Below are positions 11,701 through 21,978 of a stretch of 64,000 nucleotides of DNA, one piece after another; the first letter of the stretch is position 1, and each line of letters starts with the position of its first letter. A program made the translations under genes and the position numbers. This DNA comes from Hormiphora californensis (taxonomy: Eukaryota > Animalia > Ctenophora), in NCBI GenBank assembly GCA_020137815.1, contig CM035361.1, positions 2,728,001 to 2,792,000 on the forward strand, given 5' to 3'. The notes beneath the pieces are model-generated. The model saw nothing but the letters and a program-made list of their open reading frames with translations. It was not told where the DNA came from and searched no databases.

Positions 11701-14700
11701 ATGGCTCCCAACTGCAAACCACCTTTGTCCACCATGGACGGTGCCCCCATTTCACCTGGACTGGCGCCAGCTGGCAGACCTACCTTGTTTCAAATTCAAA
11801 ATCCCCACAGCTCCTGCACGCTCTTGTTCTGATCTGCTCTCCGGTTCCGCATTTTTCACTGCACGGCCCTACACAAGGATGTAATTAGTTGACTTTGGTT
11901 AATAATTAGTAATTAGTCATGTTGACTTTGGTTAATTTAGTTAGTCTTAAAGAATATGGAATATTTTTAGAAAGTAACTAAAAACGGTACATTATCGTAG
12001 CTCTATCCGATCCTAGATTCTATCAGAATTGTCTTACCCCATGATCCCCATTCTCCGTAGACTTTGAGACAGGCGGGCAGGTCACCCCAGCTTTGGTCGA
12101 CACTACATGTCAACACCACAGAACCAACAAGGTCATAGTCAGAATTACACTCAACAGACACAGTATCCCCTGAAAAGTTATAAGATAGCGCATAACAGTC
12201 AAAACTGGATTTATTGTACCTCGACCGAGTCTCGAGGGAAGGGGTTTTGCACAGTAATTTGATAGCAGGAGGGTTAGACTATACGTACCTACTAACAAGG
12301 GTGTTCCAGAAGAAGCTCTGAGTATCTGACCATCAGGAACACCTGGTTCTTCGCAGGGCAGTAGACAGTTAGGTGGTACTTGTGAGTAGGTGTTGTCACC
12401 CTGAAACAATTATTGTTTACCATCATGGTTACCATGGATATACCATCATGGTTACCATGGTCACCATCATGGTTACTATTGCTACTATGGTTAACATAAT
12501 AGTTACCATCATGGTTACCATTAAGTTACTATGGTTACCATGGATCATACCATAATGGTTACCATGGATCATACCATAATGGTTACCATGGATCATACCA
12601 TAATGGTTACCATGGTTATTGGTTACCATCATGGTTACTATTGTTACTATGGTTACCATGGTTACCGTAATGGTTACCGTAATGATTACTATGGTTACCA
12701 TAATGGTTACCATGGTTACCATCGAATCATGGTTACTATTGTTACTATGGTTACCATCATGGTTACCATGGTTACACTTACCAGGCAGGTAGCAACAGGT
12801 GATCCTCTCATTTGGTAGGGAGGATAGCAGACAAAAGACAGAGTAGTACCCACTGTCACCTGATACATCCCCTGACTACTAAACACCTGCATGCAGCAGA
12901 TAATTAATTAACTACTAATTAATAACTAATTAACAGACATTTTAATTAATTTATTAGTTAACAAGTCGTTAGTTAAGTAACAAAACAAATATCAGAAGAG
13001 GGGATGATATGAAAATGCACTTGTTAATGTTACCTGCCCGTTTTGAAGTGTTGGTGTAAGACACTTGCCAGGTGAACCGCACCGTCCAGCACCCTCCTCC
13101 CCGCCACATACCCTGTGAAACCCAGGACACAACATACTGCCACGTGTATTGGATACCGTCACGTGGAGAGTCTGACGCTCTCTATAGCAACTCCATACCT
13201 GTAGTTTTGGTGTCATGAGTTTTAAAGATAGCTAGCTGAATTTGTTCAGATGTTCTAGATGTTCTAAATGTTCTAAATTTTCTAGATGTTCTACTAAACA
13301 TTGAATCATTTCGATAAATAAACCGTTCTAATCCGCTAATTTAGTTTACCTGTCCGGTAGAGTCAGTAATATCAAAACTGGTGTCCCGGCAACACGCCGA
13401 GTAGCACCCTGCACCCTTGGTTACTGCCGCCCCGTTCACCTCCCACTGTCCATCATGGAGTACACATACAGAGTTGTCACCAAATCTGGAGTAAAATGAG
13501 ATATTGGCCGTTTTTGGAAATTTGGTTGCGTTGGGTCGGGCTGGAAATATAGTATTCGTTCTCTATACCCTCGATCGTTCTCTATAATAATACACATACG
13601 ATCATCACAGAACTCTCACAGAATCCGGGGTTACCTTTCTAGGAATGTCCCCGCGGCGGTTGTGGTCGTTTTAGGGCAGCTTTTCTGTCCCCCAAAGACC
13701 ATACAATAGTCAGCATACTTCCTCGGTCCTAAAGGTTGAAGATGTCAATTGATAGTGAAAGTGAAACTAGATCATAGTGAAAGTGAAAATAAACAACAGT
13801 GAAAGTGAAACTAGATCCTAGTGAAAGTGAAATTAAAGAACAGTCTCTCTACAGTCTACCTGCAATGTAAGATGGTCCGGTGACCCCGATATGATACTGA
13901 AACTCGGTAGGTATTGAGTTGTACTCTGCAGTCTGACATTCCATGACCGAGTTATGATCTTGGTCACACGTATACCTGCACAAAATGAAAGTGAAACTAA
14001 AACATACCTGCACAAAATGAAAGTGAAACTAAAACATACTTGGAAAGTAATTTTTGTTGAAGCTAGTCGAAAAATATTATTCTAGACGTCTATATTGCCT
14101 GACATTATAAAAGGGAAAAAGCACAAAAAAGGTGTGCAGTACCTGACACTATTAATGTCACAGAACGGATAAATATTCTGATGCTGATTCTCCCTCTGTC
14201 CAACCCACAACGCACAACTCCGATCCAAAATGTCACAGCTGTCACTGGCGGGAAACGGAGGATCTTCGATCGTTCCTTCAACTGCAGAGGAAATGAGAAA
14301 TTAAAAACTCGGTTATCCATGATTCACATGCCTAGGGTATTATATTCTACTTCAGAGGAATATCCTTCAGAGGATATGTGATGTTTTATAAAAATCAAAA
14401 ACTCTCAGGTCAGCCGTCAGCTGTCAGATCGAGTATGAACTACACACAAAACAAACTAAATTTAGTTTAGCTAAGCACAGGAACCAGGAAATACATACCT
14501 GCCATGTACCAACCGGTATCCTCAAGCAGAGCAAATGATAGCCTGCTAAACACGCTATCCTCAGTAATTCTAACAGTCAACCCCTCTCCGGGGTAAACCC
14601 TCTCCTCCAAGTGCGCTGATCTAAAAAAAGGAAACAATTTTAAAGTTCTATGATTGAAATTTCTGATTTTTGGCATAGGTCTAGCTTAGCCCTTTCTATG

Positions 14701-16526
14701 TTTTATATGTGATAGCAGGCTGGGCATCCGAGTATAGAATCTATTTTCTTTCGTTATCTGATAACGAAAGAAAATACAGCTTTGGTATAAGCATATTAAT
14801 ATTATCGTTTTAGACTAACTGGTCGTCCTGGTTTTCAATAAGCACACCCTTATCACATCCACCAAACATCTCCTCAGACACAGCCTGGCTAGCTGCTCCT
14901 TTATAAACATTTTCACTGACCGGATAACTGTCACTCTCCACAACACCCCACATTACATCCATACTTGATATGCTACCTGAAGTAGGGAGAGAGCTGAGAT
15001 TATAGGAGAAGCTTTGCCTAGCTCGACCCTGTTTCACTGTTATAGTGAACATAACAAGAGAAGCTGCGTCACGCAACTGATCTATCTGTTGTTTCAAAAT
15101 CTGTTTTTACCATATATGGTCATACGGCCATATGTTGTTGCAGTTCCAAGTAACTGGTTTGAATTATGGAACCACGATATACACAACCCTCTAGTCTTCC
15201 CCCACCAGTCTTACCTTGTCCGCTTTCGTAGAGGGTGGGTGTAACTCCAAGTACATGAAATATTTGATGAAGGAGCACATTTTGCAGTAGTTTTCCCGTT
15301 CCAAGGTTGGATCCTGGGCAGTAGTTGAGATTGGCTGCTATTGGTCGACCTGTTACAGGGCTTACCTGCAGCAAATTAGACCGCGTTAACCCTTTAATGG
15401 GACCGAGTTTTTTTACCGAACAAGTAAACAACCAATCAGAACTCGTTATTTAGGTCACGTAACTGGTTATTAGCCAATCAGATTTTCCTGATTCGATCGG
15501 TTCCTGAATGAAATGTACCTGACATGGGTCCCCAGTAACTTCTCCCTCTCCCTCCTTACACCCCTCGCTAGTCACGTAGAGGCCAATATGGGCAGGTAAT
15601 CCAGCTCCTGAACCACCACCTACCTCAAACCCACATCTTCTCTCCTCCACGCACACGTAACAACGGCCTGATTTAAATTTACCATTACAAGCTCAACTGT
15701 CGAGCACATTCATGTCACAAACATCGCCTATGACGTAACAATTACAAACCTAGATTTAAACGGGACGGTGGATTTTGCTGCAAAAAAGAAGAGAAAAAGT
15801 CCCTGCTAGTTGACGTTGGCAAGTCCAGGCACCCGTCAAAAAAAATGAAAATGAAGTCCCTGCTAGGCATGAAATATAACTAACCTAAGTGATCGTCTGG
15901 AACAATTGCTTTCCCACACATGGTAGTGTTGCTGCAACCACCAGAGGAACAGTGGTGTATCTGGTTTTGGGTTACCTAGAGAGGGGAATAATGTCAAGTT
16001 GTTGTTATATTATTCAAGAAAACACGGTGGCTTATGGGGCTGTGGCATTGCCACCACAGTTGAATTTAATTCGAATGGCTCATTTCGCCAATACAATAAG
16101 CATCCTCAATAAATAGTTTTACGTTGTAGTTGATGAAAGTTTGAGTTTCTTAATGAATCCTATCTTAAATCGGTTGATTAGGTATGAAACATCGGTCATC
16201 GGACCAATCACGATAAAAAGTCTGGTTTGAGTTTCTTAGGTACTTAATAACAGCTTGGTTCCGAAATAACCCCGAAATAACCCCAAAATAACCCCTTCGC
16301 GCGCTGACAAGGGAGGGGCTATAATTTTGTTACCAACATACCAGTAAAGTCTCAGTCTGGCAGTCCTTCGATAGATGAGTAACAGGACTCTCAGCTGAAT
16401 CCTTCACCGTCAATCTCTCAGCGAGAAACTCCGATATTTCGGTTAGGATTGAAGTGGGAAGAAGGGAAGAAGGATCTATCCATTCTACTTGAATGGGTAT
16501 ATCTTTGATTCCTGTGTTAGTAAAAC
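8660..16526 (-). CDS. Leishmanolysin/invadolysin (peptidase M8)-like type-I membrane protein, predicted catalytically inactive: M8 + 2 CCP + TSP1 + TM + PPxY/acidic tail; first (signal peptide) exon not found
   Basis: ~20 phase-consistent exons. Motifs: TMCGKAIVPDDHL; GLYVTS..C..CQ; GRPIAANLNYCP; LLHQIFHVLG; GVLIEN; SAHLEER..SRLSFALLEDTGWY; PFC; YADYC; GCY; CP..VC; CCP1 (CLTP..FVCYPPYQMRGSPVATC..PNC); CCP2 (CEEP..VECNSDYDLVGS..TC..WGDLPAC); TSP1 (WGSWGPCSEKCGTGEQIRTRAC); TM (LAALLGTFFFVTVIFVCWLIWFM); EPPPY; acidic last exon 9119-8660. Confidence 0.88.
9808..9922. repeat. Minisatellite with core TAGTTAAAGTAACGATCTCAC; same family as 33990-34175 in the opposite orientation
   Basis: Its reverse complement GTGAGATCGTTACTTTAACTA matches the 34-kb array unit. 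Confidence 0.8.
10375..10950 (+). mobile_element. 5'-truncated LINE fragment (ORF2 C-terminal cysteine-rich region plus 3' UTR)
   Basis: + frame reads LRIETSRY..HCRFC..ESEEHVITTCPAYHHIR, the LxIExGRY..CxxC..ExExH....CPxY motif of non-LTR ORF2 C-termini; a short (TTCTAA)n tail lies at ~10930-10947. Confidence 0.75.
11226..11262. mobile_element. Tiny MULE-like MITE (TTGGTGACATAGACACC family), 9-bp TSD ACCAATTAC
   Basis: TSD at 11217-11225 and 11263-11271; sister copies at 29837 and 30153. Confidence 0.7.
12420..12775. repeat. Intronic (CATGGTTAC)n-type minisatellite, X-box-like
   Basis: Many GTTACCATGG(T/A) units filling an intron of the M8-like gene; source of the spurious MVTMVT ORFs. Confidence 0.9.
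13752..14035. repeat. (GT)GAAAGTGAAA(CT) motif repeats in two introns, including a 32-bp duplication of an acceptor site
   Basis: About 4 copies at 13752-13832 and 2 copies at 13972-14035. Confidence 0.8.
15415..15506. mobile_element. ~110-bp MITE (CAGGAACCGACCG..CGGTCGGTTCCTG family), partial copy
   Basis: Matches the complete copies at ~29488-29602 and ~33746-33853. Confidence 0.8.
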
Positions 16527-16663
16527 CTGCAAAACGATCGTGAAATAAATCACTGCGCTGGCAAGCGCAAAGGTGACCATCCCTCCCCCCAGCTGCGCAT
16601 GCCAGAGTGCAGTAATAACTTTTTTCAGTTTTTAGCCAAAAATGGCATTTTGCGACGCCCTAA

Positions 16664-16908
16664 GGCAGCGGATTACGGGGGCCCGTACCAGTCGCCCGTA
16701 TAGATCGCCCGTACCAGTCGCCCGTACATTTGCTTTGCGCATTACGCTTCACCACACTTTCACCACAACGAAACACATGCGTGTGACGCGCATGTACCTT
16801 ATTTGTGGTCAAAGTGCGATGAAACGTAATGCGCAAAGCAAATGTACGGGCGACTGGTACGGGCGATCTATACGGGCGATCTATTCGAGCCCCCGTAATC
16901 CCCCGTGA
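16664..16908. mobile_element. Palindromic MITE (possibly Harbinger-like) inside a larger degraded element (~16530-17200)
   Basis: ~110-bp inverted arms GGATTACGGGGGC..GCCCCCGTAATCC; mirror-image ORFs appear in the ORF track. Confidence 0.65.
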
Positions 16909-18854
16909 TAGGGAGGCCCCCACTGCACCGATCGGTCTGAAATTTGTTATACAGTGTCACATAGTCTAGATCTACTGTAGTTTCAAAGGGCAGGTCTCTA
17001 TCTCTTTTAGTTTGAGAGATATGGCATCGAGAAAAAAGCAATAAATGTCCCGGGTCTATCTATCTATGGAGGGTGACGCTGGTTGTACAAATTATATCAT
17101 TTTTTGAGAGGAGGGAGAAAGAAAACGACATAGATAGACAATTCTCGTTTGTTTGCATTCGAAAGTAATTCGTTCAAATTGTGTAGAACGATATTTTCAG
17201 TTCTGGTCAAACCTTCTATTCTTCTGGGAGGCCAGCGGGCTAAGTGCGAAGCACTAGAAAGTAAGGGGATGGGCGTGAAAGGGGGATAAAGTTAAAGTAA
17301 TGGGTGGGGGTGGATGGTATGCTTGCAAATGATGGAGGAAAAACAAAGGCGAACCACCCAGTCAGGGAAGCAGAAGCGGATCAGGAACAACCAATACACA
17401 AAGCCAAAGTTCCCCCGCGGGTAAACTAGCGCGAAAACATAAAGAACCAAAGGGGCGCGCCAGAGAACGGAGGAGGCGAACCGCCTGGCAGGGGCCTCCC
17501 ACCCGGCCTGGGCGAGCGATGACAACGCTACCACTACCAAACCTACGACTCCCCATCTCAGCAACCGATAAAGACCACGAGCCACGACCCCGATAACAAC
17601 TAAAAACTAATCATAAGGGATCAACAGACATTTCCTGATGGTCCTGAATTAAAACGTGACACTATGCAAGATGCTGTTAACATGGAATGAAAGTAGCTAA
17701 ACACGGAAAATCTCAATGACTAATGGACTGAAAAACATATCCGCAAGATTTTTCTAATATAATATGTATAGAAAGTAAGCAAACACGACTGAAAATGACT
17801 GAAAATGACTGAAATTGACTGAAAATGAAACTACCTAATCAGAAACATAATCATAATCACATGATCATATATTACAACACCGACATAATTCCCCTAGAAC
17901 CGTTTTTAAGTAGTAGTCTTAACTCAGATATGATGCGAATATATACATAATGTGACAAACGAATGTAGCACATTATATCAAACTACTCATAATTTACAGA
18001 CACCATGTATTATCAGCAAACTAAACAAATCAAGCAGTAGGGGATAACAAGATCTCGAGAAGATCGGAGAGCAAGGCCACTGGTCATTGACCAGAAGTTC
18101 AGAGAGGTTTTTTAGTAGAAGTCAAAGGGACTGTTGCTGAGCTGTTGCTATTATGTTCGCAATAGGTATCATACATTCTAACAAACATTTCCATCAAATT
18201 ATACGACAGTATGGGCTAGCCTTTAGCACACAGCAGATTCAACTTTTATATTTTTGTAGCAGCTTTCCAGAACACATTCTCCACCTCGGGAATAACATTC
18301 TCTGTAACGACCAGACAACAACGGTGATATGTATTGAATTAGAATCCAGAATTAGGAATTTGGACCCACGGCCACCTTCACATGTTCTAACTATAACATG
18401 ACGTGTAGCAAGTAAGTTGGTTGATTGTACTAGCATTGAGGATGAGTCTCTTTGTATTTCAGTGTGCCAGTTGCTAACAAATTTCGTTTGGTTTTCAGGT
18501 TTTAGTAAAGTTAGTCAACGAGAACGCCCTAAGCAGAGCCTACCAGTCATCTTATTTTCTCAAGTTTCGCAGCATCTACCACCCATCATCACTCTCCTAA
18601 TGAGAGAGAGAGAGATCAGCAGCTCATATGTGAAGAGAGACCAAGGAAAGCTTGGCTGCCGAGAGAAAGGAACATTCTGATTCCATTATTAACTCATAGC
18701 TGAGGAACATTGAGCACAAAAACAGCTAATGTTTTAGCTAGGATATTAAGATAAAAGGGGAATTCGGAACAGATTTTCCATCAGACCATATTCCCGTGAT
18801 CTGATGCATTACTGTTCCACTGCTTTTTTGCGAGACAAACCATTCCTTCATATA

Positions 18855-19043
18855 CAGTCGGACCCCGATTTACCGGGATGCTCGGGGGAAAGGGTTTTGC
18901 CCGGTAAATCGGGGTGCCCGGTAAATCGGGGTAGCTAGTATATTGGGGTCAAATAACGTTACTTTCCTATATCGGGGGAAGTATTTCCTTCCGGTAAATC
19001 GGGGTTCCGGTAAATCGGGGCCCGGTAAATCGGGGTCCGATTG
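18855..19043. mobile_element. Tc1/mariner(pogo)-type MITE, CAGTCGGACCCCGATTTA family, TA TSD
   Basis: TIRs plus TAAATCGGGG subrepeats; orthologous copy at 56545-56733. Confidence 0.9.
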
Positions 19044-19197
19044 TACATAGTTTGAATTATTTTGTCTTACAAACAAATTTCAGAATCACTAGTTGGGTTA
19101 TATCAGTATATACACAGTAATCAGTGATTACTAATCACGACATATTATTATAAATTGAAAACAGCTAGAATTTAGTACACAAAACCGTTTTCAAATA

Positions 19198-19951
19198 GGG
19201 TAAGCTGGGGTAAAATGGCCCATTTTTTAACGTTTTAGGTTCTAAAATACGCAATTTATACAGCAGGAAGAAAAAAATTATATAGGCTATCCAATGAAAC
19301 CTTTTCCTTTCAGCCGAGCTAAATTTTAAAATCTACAAGTTTTATTTAATGGGTTAATTAATCAATTCAAATAATTTGGTGAGGCGTTTTTTGGAAAATT
19401 TGCACCGGGGCAAAGTGGCCCAAGCCAATAGCATTGCTCGATTTTATCACGTGCCTGGTGTTGTTAGACGAAACGATCAAACTAGGGGCAAAGTGGCCCA
19501 TGTTCTGCACCGGAACATGGGCCACTTTGCCCCTAATTTGATCGTCTGTACTACATTTTTGTGCATTCCAATGTCACGTGGTATTGCAGGCACCATTTCA
19601 TTGGTCCTAGAGGTGGGCCACTTTGCCCCAGACCGGACCACTTTGCCCCGGAGAGTGGGCCATATTTGCCCCGATTTCACAAAATTAACAATTAAGACAA
19701 CAAAAATGCCAATTTCTTCAAAAATTTTTATACCACGTTTTAGAGAATTATAAAGCCTAACTGGCAGTTTTTGCAAAATTAAAATCGGCCAACCCAAACA
19801 GAAATGACAGCAGTTTTAAAGCGAAAATTCGGAACAGAACGAGCAGGTCTCCGCTGGAGAAAAAGTCACGTGACCACATGTAATAACTAGGGCCACTTTG
19901 CCCCATACATGGGCCACTTTACCCCACGGGCCATTTTACCCCAGCTTACCC
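19198..19951. mobile_element. Non-autonomous DNA transposon with 24-bp TIR GGGTAAGCTGGGGTAAAATGGCCC, TA TSD
   Basis: The empty site CAAA-TA-CCATG is present in the paralog at 57050-57051; internal GGGCCACTTTGCCCC repeats. Confidence 0.92.
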
Positions 19952-21752
19952 TACCATGTTCCCACTATAACTGCAAGCAGCACTGTTAGTGTCGGCCATC
20001 GCATCCAGGGTAGGCGTAATACTGTTAAATATCATCACATTACTATGAGTCAGAGTTGTAGAATGGCCTACAACTCTGGCAACTAGATTCTATGAGCCAG
20101 AGTTAATAAGTAATCAGAAGAGGATTAGTCACTGATCTTTCGGTCCTTTCCCCAACAATTTACAACATTTTTTCCCCGCCCTTTTGCAAAAAGGCATAGG
20201 GGTTTAGAATTCGACAAGTTTACATACTAGTGAAGTGTCACGCTTTTTTGTCCTGTAACGTAACCCATCCATAGCAACCATCCAGTGCGGAGTGCTCAAA
20301 ATATCATTTGAAATACTTCACACACGCTCTAATCCAAATTGTCCACGAAGGCGACGCCCGCAAAGTTATTACAGTGCTGAAATGACGCACTTTCATTAGA
20401 ACGCGCAGCCCGGCGCCGCACGCCCCTTCCTGTTTGCAATTCATTACGTTCATCGTTCGTCATGTGTTCGTCATTACAATTGCGCTCTGGTATTGTCATT
20501 GATTACATGAGGTCAGTTGAGTGGAGATCACATAGACTAGAAAAGCTAAAGGAGCCTAATTAGGCAGCTCATCACCTGCACTGTTCTGTCTCACCTTTCA
20601 GAACCTCATTAGGTCATGGGTGATGGGATGTAATTAGGAGTGTCACATGCCAATGGCGGGGAAATACAGTACTATGGATACATAGTGCAACTATTCTTGT
20701 TGATTAAAAATCTTTTTCCGTTATTTATCTGTTTCCATTTCTAATTTCCTTATTCTGCCCTGTGAGGGTTTGCTCTCCCCCGCTGTACTGCCAGATTCAA
20801 TAAAATCACGAGGAGAATGAGAGGGAGGGAGGGAGAGCGGAAATAAAGGATGGGAAGAGGGAGGAGGGGGGGATATGTTAAAATGAGAGATTTGTAGGAA
20901 CGATAACGGGAAAACGGGGCTGTTTAGCGAGAGAGGCCTGCATGTCATAGGGGGATGAGAGGCAATGGAGGAGCGAGAAGTCGGGGAGAGAGGGGAGGGA
21001 GAAGAGAGAAAAGGGGAAAAGAAGAAGATTTTGCTTTTTAATTTTTGGGGGTCTATTCTGCCTTTTCTAACCCGATAGGTAAGATTCTGCAGTATATTTT
21101 CCCTTGTTGTTAAAGGGGGCCCGGATTAGTTCCCCGGGTGGGGTCCCGGAACTCCTCTTCCGTCCCCTTCTCCTTTCTTAATTGGAAATCTTCTTTATAG
21201 CCATTTCCCCATGATGCTCTTCTGCCCTTCGGCTAGCTCGCTGCTCAATAGTTTATCCCTGTTTTTTTCTCTAGGGTACCAACCTCGGTCCCCTGCAGTT
21301 TATTTGGCGTTGCTTAAACTGGCTTCATATTTACTTAAATAGTCTGTAGAAACACTAGCTGAAAAGGTGATTCAGAAAAGCTCCGTGCAGTAAGGGGTTT
21401 TCAGACCACAGTCAGACGCTAACTAGCTCCTGTCGGCTTTAATCAATCGAGATTGTCAAAAGAAAAGTGAACAGTATTTGACCCCGATTTAGCGGACACG
21501 CCGATTTTAATGGACGAAAACCTTTCCCCCAAGGGTGCCGTTAAATCGGGGTCCGACTATATATCCAAATTTATTAAACAACAAAATCCGTTAGCAATTT
21601 AGTGAAGAAAAACAACAGCAACAACAGCAAAAGCGGACAAGTAAAGTCTCCAACGGTTTCTGATCATCTCAATCTCGAAGAGAAGGACCTGATCTGAACA
21701 GGAGGGGATCCATCGTCCACCCGTGACCCGTTGCTGTGGGTACCTGATTGGT

Positions 21753-21783
<31 letters not shown>

Positions 21784-21978
21784 CTAAAAACAACAACACC
21801 AACAACAACTAAAAACAACTACACCAACAACAACACTAACAACAACACCAACAACAGCAGCGGATAAGTCTCCAACGGTTCCTGATCATCTAAGTCTTGA
21901 AGAGAGGGACCTGATCCAATAGGAAGAGATCTACCTGCTGTGGGTACCTGATTGGTACTTCACACAGTCCTCAGCAGG

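Noticed and set aside
12373-12818. MVTMVT / YHGYHG repeat proteins
   Set aside because: Translations of an intronic minisatellite lying between two in-phase CCP exons.
17292-17585. Signal-peptide-like ORF MARGLYRLLRWGVVGLVVV as the first exon of the M8 gene
   Set aside because: It lies in noisy sequence that appears to correspond to the CCP region near 53.4-53.8 kb, and no phase-compatible donor was identified.
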